A stretch of 64,000 nt of DNA from a virus (lineage: Duplodnaviria; Caudoviricetes): positions 128,001-192,000 of IMG/VR virus record IMGVR_UViG_3300014000_000001; one strand, written 5' to 3'. Shown here piece by piece: positions 47,647 through 57,300 of this stretch. The notes under the pieces were generated by a model, which saw nothing but the letters and a program-made list of their open reading frames with translations, made no database searches and was not told where the DNA came from. The position numbers were made by a program, and so were the translations under genes. The stretch's first letter is position 1. Each line of letters opens with the position of its first letter.

Positions 47647-50373
47647 TTAAGCGAACGGATCATCTCCGCCGCCAGCGTCATCACCTCCACCGTCGGTTGT
47701 ACCATCACCAGTACCACCATCATTAGCGAACGGATCACTACCTCCAGCATCAGTATCGGTATTATCGTCACTTGTAGTGTTTTGATCACCACCATCTGAA
47801 CTAAAGTCAGACCCACCACCACTACTAGATGAACCATCCAAGCCTTGAGCGTCTTTAACCTTCTGCACTTCATCATTGGCTTTCTGAATGATTTGAGAAG
47901 TTAAAACATCATGCTTTTTCAATACATCAATAATAAAGGATTGGGTAGATTCGATACGTTCCATCACATTATCAACTTCTTCACGATCACCGTTAAACAA
48001 GCTATTAATGAAACCTTCTTTAAACATGTTATTGTTTGCCATCCAATCACGCATGATAAGTGCTTTGATTTTCCGACGTAATGCTTCAAGCACAGCTTCT
48101 AGGTTTTCACCTACATCTGCACCGTCTAGCGCATCTTCACCAATAGTATATTTAAGTACCGCATCAACTAACTTTTCTTGAGCTTGAATTGCACCATCTA
48201 GTAACTCTACTTTCACCATGTCTGGTTTAGGTAAAGCGACTTCGATAGATTTAATAAACTCACGAACAATCGTAGTGGTTTTAACTCCTTTAATCTCAGG
48301 AATATCAGCACGTGCTTTATCAATTGCCTGAATCATCCATTTAAGCACTACTGGAGCGTTTAAGATGTAGTTCTTGATGAACTTACCGATGAACTTGGTT
48401 AAGATCTTTTGGTCCGCAATTGCACGACGTGCCGCTTGTAAGTTAGATTGGAAGTAAGAAGAAGCAAACTCAACATTACGTGCCATGTCAACAACCTCAG
48501 GTGTAGAACCCAAAGCTTGGATTAATAACGCTTCATTCTTTTCCACTACCTCAGGATCAGGTGCTGTACGTTCACGATCTAAATGTTCAATTGCAACTTG
48601 AGTACTTGGAAATTGAGGATGTTGGTCAAACTCCCACTGATATCCTGCAGTTCCTAAGAAATCAACTTGTGTGTTAACATCGGTGTTCATTAAACGCGAA
48701 GCATTTAAGGTACTGTATCGTGCAAGATTACCCGCAACTCCTTCAACTACTTTATTAAAGTCAATCTCATCATCATCGAAAGTCAATCGAATCTTTTTGT
48801 AATCGATAGTATTATTCACCGCAGACAGTGTGTTTGCTAATGTTAGAATACTGTTTAGTACCCCAATGTTTTTATGTTTGATAATTAATGACTGACCATT
48901 ACCCTGGTCATCGTAATCAAAAGCAACATAAGTTAACAAAGTAGCAGGAACATAAACCATCTGAGTTTGTTTATTGGATAACAGTCGAGTAAACATAATA
49001 TCCATCAGTTGGTTCTTTTTAGAAATCGTAAGGTCACGATCTTTGAAGTAACCACTGTTTAATAAACTCTTGATTTTCCTATCCATGAGTTTAGTAAATA
49101 ATGCAGTCTTATCAGATAAGCGTCGTCCTGCCAAGTTATTACTTGCGTAACCTGAATAACCTAATTCAAGATTCCCTTGAGCAAAGTTAGTTTGTCCTGC
49201 CATTGCTGAATTAGTTGCGTCATTACCATAGACACCAGAATACGTTGGCATATACATACCAAGCTCATCATCGATGGAGACTGAATTCCCTGACATATCC
49301 ATAACAAGGAAATAACCTTCATGCTTATCTGGACTACCTGGTTGATGAGCAACGAACATTGCTTCGTGGGCAACGTGCTTAAAAAGAGGAAGGTCATCAG
49401 ATTCAACATCATCTACAGGTTCTAGTGTGATTACATCATCCATCGAATAAGCGCGAGCACGATCTAAAGATGAATCAATTAATGCATCTGTTAAACCTTC
49501 TTGTTTTAACCCTTCGATTTCTTTAGATGGATCGTATTCAGAGAAACTATCCAAACCATCTAAAGAATCATGCGCTTGTTCCATCTTGATAAGTTTGTTA
49601 CGGATTTCCCCTAAACGCACAATATTAAGATCAGAATGAATCATAATACTGGAAGTGTTTGGAAACTTCTCATCGGTGAAGTCTGATGTCTTGAATCCAA
49701 TATCTTCAAGCTTGATTTGAAAATGTTCTGCTTCTACTCCACGGCTTTCGAATTTTAATCTCTTATTTGTCGATAGGTTTTCAAAGAAAGATTCGAGTTT
49801 GACTAATTTCTCTTTATTACCTAAACGATCATCATTGCTAGAGTGATCGATATAATGTTTTATATTTCCCATTGGGACAACAAGCATGGCATAGCTACCA
49901 ACATCATATTTGGCATCACGTAAAACTGTAGGCAAGATTTCTTCAAGTTCGACATATTCATTCATCACGAATTCGATTTTTTGAAGGAGCTTAGATTTTA
50001 ACGTACCCAATTTATCATATGAGCTTTTGTATTGCAGACTACTGTCCAGCGTGTTGTTAGGGGATAGCGTACCATTAACTACAATATCAATTGCTAGTTG
50101 TGCGTTGGGATTCATCGCTAAGATATTACGAATATCTCGGCGATCACTAATGGTTTTATAAAGGTTGGCATCCAGTGCTCCTTGTTGAGGGATAGGATGA
50201 CCATTGGTGGATTGTTGTCCTGAAGACATCACTTGAACAGAAGGGCGCACATAATGACGTAATAAGTCATCAAGATTACCCCCAGCGATAACCTGAGGTC
50301 TTAGCTTCGTTGAAGCTGTGCCATCATCTCGGGTTTGCCCCTGTGTAAATGAGTTCTTAAATGCTTGCGTCAT
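47647..50373 (-). CDS. portal protein (phiKZ gp129-like)
   Basis: 908 aa; HQPGSPDKHEGYFLVMDMSGN and YVPATLLTYVAFDYDDQGNGQSL motifs; acidic Gly-rich tail; synteny. Confidence 0.75.
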   Translation of the reverse strand: MTQAFKNSFTQGQTRDDGTASTKLRPQVIAGGNLDDLLRHYVRPSVQVMSSGQQSTNGHPIPQQGALDANLYKTISDRRDIRNILAMNPNAQLAIDIVVNGTLSPNNTLDSSLQYKSSYDKLGTLKSKLLQKIEFVMNEYVELEEILPTVLRDAKYDVGSYAMLVVPMGNIKHYIDHSSNDDRLGNKEKLVKLESFFENLSTNKRLKFESRGVEAEHFQIKLEDIGFKTSDFTDEKFPNTSSIMIHSDLNIVRLGEIRNKLIKMEQAHDSLDGLDSFSEYDPSKEIEGLKQEGLTDALIDSSLDRARAYSMDDVITLEPVDDVESDDLPLFKHVAHEAMFVAHQPGSPDKHEGYFLVMDMSGNSVSIDDELGMYMPTYSGVYGNDATNSAMAGQTNFAQGNLELGYSGYASNNLAGRRLSDKTALFTKLMDRKIKSLLNSGYFKDRDLTISKKNQLMDIMFTRLLSNKQTQMVYVPATLLTYVAFDYDDQGNGQSLIIKHKNIGVLNSILTLANTLSAVNNTIDYKKIRLTFDDDEIDFNKVVEGVAGNLARYSTLNASRLMNTDVNTQVDFLGTAGYQWEFDQHPQFPSTQVAIEHLDRERTAPDPEVVEKNEALLIQALGSTPEVVDMARNVEFASSYFQSNLQAARRAIADQKILTKFIGKFIKNYILNAPVVLKWMIQAIDKARADIPEIKGVKTTTIVREFIKSIEVALPKPDMVKVELLDGAIQAQEKLVDAVLKYTIGEDALDGADVGENLEAVLEALRRKIKALIMRDWMANNNMFKEGFINSLFNGDREEVDNVMERIESTQSFIIDVLKKHDVLTSQIIQKANDEVQKVKDAQGLDGSSSSGGGSDFSSDGGDQNTTSDDNTDTDAGGSDPFANDGGTGDGTTDGGGDDAGGGDDPFA

Positions 50374-50413
50374 TTATTGCTCCAATACTTTTTAACTTTG
50401 GAATTCAAAAATC

Positions 50414-52864
50414 ATGAGTGATACGTTATATAAAATATTTCGTTCTAAGTGCTTTGCTTTAGCGTACACGACCGTCATTCATAGCACCTTAGAAGCTAAA
50501 GCGCAGAATGTCTTTCTTGAACAGAAAGGATTTACAATCAATCATAATAATCCAAGCACTTGGAAGTACTATTTAAATTTAACTGGAGAGTACCACGACT
50601 ACGATAAAGCATTGATTGGGGAGCTAAATGGGGATGGTCATCCTTATATGCGTATTAAGGTTGCGGGAGATAATCGTCCAATTGAAGTTAATTTCACTAA
50701 GGAATTATTAACAGGGCAAGCGGGGGATTATTCCCTCGCAGCGGAATATAGTTATGGTTCTGATTACTATAATGAATTAGTTGCACGTTATCCCGCTTGT
50801 GAGAGTTTGATTCTAGGGATTTTAAATCCAATTGATATTACAACTGCACTATCTGCAGGCAATGGTGATATTCTTTATTGTGGTGGTTATTATCGTAAAC
50901 GTATTTCCCACATCATGAAGGAAGTCTATGGGTTTGAAAAACGTGAAGATGTAACGATTGATGCAGAATTCTTAATTGAAGATTGGGAGCATGAATTAAT
51001 ATACAGCTTACAAACGTATATCCAACTTTACTTAAAGCGTTGGGAAATTGAAGACTTCACAGCTAACCATTCTTATTACCCTGCTGCGATTCGTATCGGG
51101 TTAATCGCTGGAATGATTCCAATGATTGAGAAAACCCGTTTAAAGTTTGTAAAGTCTTATGCCGCACATTCTTACCATGTTCGTGAATTTATCAATGCGT
51201 ATGGTTATTTGGGTGATTATGTTGATGCTTTAACCCGCGAACAAGCAATGTATCTTTACCATAACATCGATTGGTTGGTGACCAATAAAGGTAAAGAAAA
51301 AGTATTAAAAGCATTGATTGATAATCTGCTCACTCCTTCCAATATCCCTCTACTTGCGTATAACATGGGGCACGATAACTGGGATATGCAGATTCGCAAT
51401 AGCATTAATCCTAGCATTGAATTTAAGAAAGAATACTTAAACCTTGATCCATTGACTAATGATGTGGGTACAGCTACTAGCGTTATTGTTGAGAAAGAAG
51501 AAACCCTTGCTCGGGATAATGGTTTATTTGTAGATGAGCAAGTTGAACACATTGAGAATTTAGCTAAGTATTCTAATTTCAATAGTTTGAAAACTAAAGT
51601 ATTGGAATCCAACTATACCGAATGGGATATGAATGTCTTCTTTAACCTAGATGAGTTTCAATTCCATAACTGGATATATGCAGCCTCGCAAGGCCTGTAT
51701 CAGGGTTCTATCTTTGTCACACATCCTGTAAGTGGAGGGCGATTACAACTCACCCCTAGAACTTCTTTAGTATTGTTCTTATACGCGTTTACTAAAGGGT
51801 ATTATGGTTATACCTTGGAGGAGTGTCCTGAACTTATTATCCGCAATATTCCTAAAGATAGAAACTTTAATCGTGACTATCTAGAACCTTATCCAGATAA
51901 CACTGAATTGTGGCGTAATGTTACCTCTGACCAAATAGATCAAACTAAGATCGATAGTATTGCAGCTTTCCCAATACCTGTACATCGCTATACATCATCA
52001 ACTGACTTTTATTCTAAGACATCAAATATGTTTGATATATTGGAGGAGCGAAGAGCCTTGGCTGCAGCTGAATCTGATATCTTTGCAAATGGTGAGTTAG
52101 AGTTAGTGGTGGCGAAGTTCTACCATTTGTTTATTAAAGTTGATCCATTGATTGATGTTGGTTATCCAATATGGCTTGCTCAAATGGGATTGGATATGGA
52201 TGGACTTGATCAGTATGCTTATCAAAGACTTGCAGATGAATTATTAAATGCAGGTTTGGGTATTTCTGATTCTACCAAGAAATCATCTGCACGAATGCAT
52301 AGTGCACTCATGAACATTGTAAAATTCTTCTTAAGTTATACAGTTCAGTTGGTGAGTAAGTTCTCTAAAGCGTCATCAAGAACATACGGCTTAAAAACCA
52401 TCCGCATGACTCCTTATCAGCATGATACTTCCGGACAAACATTTTTAGACATTGGGATAAGAACCATTGTTGAAGCACTGCAAGATCAGAATAGTGAATG
52501 GTGGGCAGTTATCGGTAGTAGTTTTTTAGATGTGGGTGAGACCTACCAACAGGGAATCGCATTCTTTCCAATCATAGATGCGACAATAGATAATGGATAT
52601 GAGAAGACTGTGGAGGTCGAGTACAATCTTTTAGGATTTACCATGATGCCTCCAGACGAATCCAATCCATCCCTCCCATACGCTGATGTGGAGAGTTACA
52701 CCATTGAAGGATTAGTAGGCAGCAAACTCATTGATCAACACGATGTCACTGGACTCAATATGCAGGTATTGTTGAGCGTGGATACCGTATCATTCTTAGA
52801 TACGTTTGGTTTAGATAAAGTATCTGCAGAAGACTTTAATTTCAACATTTCAATTGGATTATAA
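50414..52864 (+). CDS. virion structural protein, probable baseplate wedge (phiKZ gp128-like)
   Basis: 816 aa; PSTWKYYLNLTGEYH, AHSYHVREF and LTREQAMYLYHNI motifs. Confidence 0.75.
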   Translation: MSDTLYKIFRSKCFALAYTTVIHSTLEAKAQNVFLEQKGFTINHNNPSTWKYYLNLTGEYHDYDKALIGELNGDGHPYMRIKVAGDNRPIEVNFTKELLTGQAGDYSLAAEYSYGSDYYNELVARYPACESLILGILNPIDITTALSAGNGDILYCGGYYRKRISHIMKEVYGFEKREDVTIDAEFLIEDWEHELIYSLQTYIQLYLKRWEIEDFTANHSYYPAAIRIGLIAGMIPMIEKTRLKFVKSYAAHSYHVREFINAYGYLGDYVDALTREQAMYLYHNIDWLVTNKGKEKVLKALIDNLLTPSNIPLLAYNMGHDNWDMQIRNSINPSIEFKKEYLNLDPLTNDVGTATSVIVEKEETLARDNGLFVDEQVEHIENLAKYSNFNSLKTKVLESNYTEWDMNVFFNLDEFQFHNWIYAASQGLYQGSIFVTHPVSGGRLQLTPRTSLVLFLYAFTKGYYGYTLEECPELIIRNIPKDRNFNRDYLEPYPDNTELWRNVTSDQIDQTKIDSIAAFPIPVHRYTSSTDFYSKTSNMFDILEERRALAAAESDIFANGELELVVAKFYHLFIKVDPLIDVGYPIWLAQMGLDMDGLDQYAYQRLADELLNAGLGISDSTKKSSARMHSALMNIVKFFLSYTVQLVSKFSKASSRTYGLKTIRMTPYQHDTSGQTFLDIGIRTIVEALQDQNSEWWAVIGSSFLDVGETYQQGIAFFPIIDATIDNGYEKTVEVEYNLLGFTMMPPDESNPSLPYADVESYTIEGLVGSKLIDQHDVTGLNMQVLLSVDTVSFLDTFGLDKVSAEDFNFNISIGL

Positions 52865-52866
52865 TT

Positions 52867-53682
52867 ATGGATATTGGTTTAAGTCATGTCATCACTGTAA
52901 ATGGTGAGATATACAATGCTTACTGGGATTTGTTTAACCCGAATCAAGCGATAGGTAATGTTCATAGCATCATGATCTTTGAAGAAGATATTCCGCTTGA
53001 TTCTTTGTTTCAAAGGCTCGATGAAGCCATAGCGACAGAGACGATTCAAGGTTCTTTTTATTTAAAAGATAAAACCCAAAGTATGTATAAGTTCGATGCT
53101 AACTATAGTGTCTTTATTGAAGCATTAGATGAAGATATTGATGTTAAGCAGTTCGTATTTGTATCTGATGGAGTTCCTTGGACGTTATGTAAGTTAGATA
53201 AACCTGTAACTGTGCGTGCTAATACTGAAGCGGTTTTTACATTTACCTCAACAGTATTGGTGAACAACAACGATAACATCGCCACTAACCTTTGGAACAT
53301 TAATGTTGATAAATTCAATATTAAATATGCAGCTATGGTCCATCCTGTTGAAGAGTTCTCACGTAATGTTCTGGCTTCGTCATCAAAAGCGTTATTGGAT
53401 GATCCTAGCGATGATACCATTGCTATTGCGCTTAAAAATGGAGTAGAGTTAAAACCTGATTATATTCTTGAACCTGGTAAGATTGGTATCCATATTAAGG
53501 CGAAAACTCGTAACGATGTTGTGGGGGTGAAAGCCATTTTCATTCGAATATTATGGAACCTAGGGATCATGATTTACATTGATTCAGTCACCTACGGTGG
53601 TGTTAAAATTGATAGTTTAACTCTAGCTCGCGGGCATGAACTGACGCTGGTGTTTGGTCTTAATTTTAAAGAGGTAACCTAA
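52867..53682 (+). CDS. putative virion/tail protein
   Basis: 271 aa, coupled to the baseplate gene. Confidence 0.6.
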   Translation: MDIGLSHVITVNGEIYNAYWDLFNPNQAIGNVHSIMIFEEDIPLDSLFQRLDEAIATETIQGSFYLKDKTQSMYKFDANYSVFIEALDEDIDVKQFVFVSDGVPWTLCKLDKPVTVRANTEAVFTFTSTVLVNNNDNIATNLWNINVDKFNIKYAAMVHPVEEFSRNVLASSSKALLDDPSDDTIAIALKNGVELKPDYILEPGKIGIHIKAKTRNDVVGVKAIFIRILWNLGIMIYIDSVTYGGVKIDSLTLARGHELTLVFGLNFKEVT

Positions 53683-53683
53683 A

Positions 53684-54253
53684 ATGGAATTAAGTATTGA
53701 TAATGAGAACCTTAAGTTTTTGTCTCCATTAGATCAAACTTATTCTCCATTTAGTGCTTATGCGAATGGTCGTGATATTCATCAAGAATTACATTCTTGG
53801 GAATTAAGGTTAGATAAAAACGAACTTATTTTATCTAATGAAGTTGGGGCGAGTTATAATCTCGGTGCACTCACAGAGGATAAGTTGGTACGGGTCACTC
53901 TGACCTTTTTCCAATTTGAAACCCCTTACTTTGCGCTAGAGTATAGTAATGGAGTGACTCGATTATTTAAATATAATCTAGTTGAGCGAGAATTAACTTA
54001 TTTGCTCGAACTAACCCATTATAAAAACTTAAGCTTATTTTATTCACGTGCGGTTCAGAAAGATAAAATTATGATGGCTGCAATCTTACCCGACGAAGGA
54101 GTTGTTCTAGGTGAATTTGATGTTGGGCAAGCAACATTTAAATTAGACCTTACAAAGAAGTATAGCAATACTGAGCAACTCAGGATTCATCGGTTTGGCA
54201 TTACAGTAACCAATCAATTGAAAATTGAAGTTGCTTCTTTGGATGAATCTTAA
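53684..54253 (+). CDS. hypothetical (tail-associated) protein
   Basis: 189 aa, SD AGAGGT. Confidence 0.6.
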   Translation: MELSIDNENLKFLSPLDQTYSPFSAYANGRDIHQELHSWELRLDKNELILSNEVGASYNLGALTEDKLVRVTLTFFQFETPYFALEYSNGVTRLFKYNLVERELTYLLELTHYKNLSLFYSRAVQKDKIMMAAILPDEGVVLGEFDVGQATFKLDLTKKYSNTEQLRIHRFGITVTNQLKIEVASLDES

Positions 54254-54258
54254 AAATG

Positions 54259-54287
54259 GAATGAGCATGGTTTTTCCATGCTCATTC
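54259..54287 (+). terminator. terminator
   Basis: GAATGAGCATGG-TTTTT-CCATGCTCATTC. Confidence 0.7.
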
Positions 54288-54314
54288 TTTCATTATGTTA
54301 ATGTGGAGATCCAG

Positions 54315-57300
54315 ATGGATACAAAACAACGTAGACAACCCAAAGCTTTTTCGGGAAATCGCGCGACGGGACTAAGAGAGTTGTACTCGGCTACAGCCGG
54401 TGGTGTCGGTATTATTTCCATTCATGCTATTCAGAACGAAAATAAACGTTATAACACAATGGCAAATGTTCTTGCTCGTGCAGGTTCAGGAATCAAAACA
54501 GTTGATAAAGTAGACTCGGTTTTCTATAATCGTCAAACTTTAAAAGATGTATTCACTAATGCTGGTATTAAAACTCCAGAAGGATTTAAGATTAGCGTTA
54601 AGGATGAGTTCGAACATCCAATTTCTGAACAAGATGTCCTTAAGATTTTAAACGGACAATATCGTTGTGACTTCACTGAAGATGATATCAATGTCACTTA
54701 TATCAACGGCAACTATTATTCAATCGAAGCCTTGGAACAATCATTCGGTTATATCGGTAAATCTACATTAGGTATCGGAATTGAACGTGACGTTCCATTA
54801 GTCCCTACCGAAAATGCGTTGTTCGAATCAGAGCAAAGTACGTTAAGTAGCCTAATCCAAATCAATGGTCGAGAGTATGCGGTTACAAGTCCTAACCTTT
54901 ATGCTCAAGAAAAGGTAATCTTCCACGAGTTTACCAAAAATGATCAGAGTAAACTTGCTTACTTTTTAAACTTAAATGAAATTAGTTTAAACGCTTTGAT
55001 GCCTGTGGATATCTCCTCACGCCCAGCGGGTAGTAACCTAAACGAAACGGTTCGTCCAAGCAATGGTGAATTTATCTTATCGCCATTTGTGCCTGCTTTA
55101 GTGGATAAACCTATAGAAGCTCAAGACGTTGGTGTGGAACTGCGTTTCACGTCATGGTTGACCAGTCTTGAGATGATTGATTCTGTGTTTGAAATAAAAG
55201 TGAATGGGGTAGTTACCACCTTAACACATATCAATGCGAATAGTACTGATCTTACTATTGATACCGCTAATGATGTATTGATTGTAAGCAATAATACTTA
55301 CGCACCTGTAGCTATCCAGCTCCGTGCTAAAACTATTTCTTTAGCTGCTTTAGAAGATCCTCGTTTTACTTTCATTCGCACTGAAGATCAGCCTGAGTTA
55401 GTGGACGGTTATGAGGTTTACGGTTATACCTTAGCAGCTAAGCAAAAACCTTTAGAGCTACTACGAGTTACCCCACATATACCAAATACGTCAAACTACG
55501 CGGTATTGCTTGCTCGTTTAGGTGCAGTGATTGGTGAAGAACCAGAAGTGGTTGAAGAAGGACAAGAGATTGTAGAGATTAAAACCCTCAATCAAGACCA
55601 TGACCCACAATGGATGTACGAAGAAACAATCACTGTATCTGGGTTAGATAAAGTGGTGAATGCATCTCTGATCAAAAACGGGGTGAAGTTTCTTGATGCT
55701 TTCGCAATAGATCAAGAACAGTGGGAAATTCTACAAAAGGTAGATTTAAACCAAACCACTCTTACGATAACTCGCACCAATCAAAACAAAATTGAAAGTA
55801 CCCAAGGTTATTCGGTTAACCAGTTGTTGGCTCGTGGTATTTGGGATGACGCTTTAGGGTTATTCATTTTTGCCTTCGAATGTAAAGATGATTGGGAAGG
55901 TTCTACTAAAGTTGTTTATAATGGCAATACATTATTCCTAAACACCACAGTTGAACTTAAAACTACTCGTGACCTAACTAAAACATATTTACCTAAATTC
56001 TCAATTGTAGATCAAGAACAATGGGAGATTTTAAAACAGGCTAAACCTGAATGGGTGACAAAGTTTGGACAGAATGCTTTTAAAGGTTCTCCTGTGTTGG
56101 TGAGTCAAGACGGATTTTCATTAACTTACGATATCACCCCAACACCTGCAGAGGTTGATTTAGGTTATGTTGAAACCGAGTTTTTAGTAGCTTTGGCATT
56201 TAGTGCGCAAATCAAACCGATCTTAGATCGTGCAATTGAGAAAGTTGAAACCAATCAATTAACTACTCCGTTAATTCGCATTGTTGCTTCAGGTCCTTAT
56301 CTATCTGGTACAGTGTACAGTTTGACGCACGGTCAATACATTGCGAATGGGTTTAAAGATTATTATCTTGACGAAGCATCTGGTGATTATACTATTGTTG
56401 CACGTTATAAAACTCGAATCAATTTAGAACCTAATTTTGATTTAAGTAATCCTGCCAATGTAATTGATCGTATTGATAATGTAGGTACCTTTGAAGTTAC
56501 TTTTGATGCAGATGGTGTGTACGGTGCGGTATTTAAAAATAATGTGGTACGCCAACATAATGTATTGAACTCACTGAGTTTTAATACTCCAGCTTTACCA
56601 TCACCACACTTAATTATCGCCGATCCTTCTTTGGTCGATAATGCGGCTGTTGTAAATAAATTAAATTCCATCTTACCAGCAGGTTATACTCTTGCTAACA
56701 CTACAGCTTTGAGTTTAATTACTCAAGCAACGGATAGTGACCTCAATGTAAATGTTGGTCGTGATTTAACAGGGGTATCAACTTACCATGCATACATTGT
56801 GATGGCTGAGTTAGTAGCAACTCCAGAACAAATTACACGCCTACACCATGCTAAAAATAAGGTCGTGGTAAATGGGATGGTTTTGAACGCAGATGCGTTT
56901 ATCAATAGTTTACTCTTGATTAATGGAAGCTATTATTATCTATTCCCAATCGAGATCATTAATAGTAAGCAAGTTGATTTGAATATCATTATCGATTTAG
57001 ATGGCGATGGAGGTATTTATCTCAGTGGTAATACATCTATCACGATCAACATGCAGGTAATCGAACCCCCTTTATCTGTGTTTATGTTGGTTGACCAAGA
57101 TGCTGATGATCAATCACAACAAGCATTATTAACACACAGCATAGCGTCAGGTTATCCTACGGTTGTTGTTCCAAATGACTCACCGTTTGATTGCTATAAA
57201 ACACCACAAATGGCAATTCACGGGTTAACTTTTAATACTGATGAAAATCATGATGTAACTATAGATGGTAGTATCAACGGTATTGATGAGAATACATTAG

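Noticed and set aside
54225-54314. ORF-track start extensions (also 14655, 28560, 61046, 31588, 5766, 35229)
   Set aside because: The extensions run through terminators, promoters or upstream genes; downstream ATGs have better SD context.
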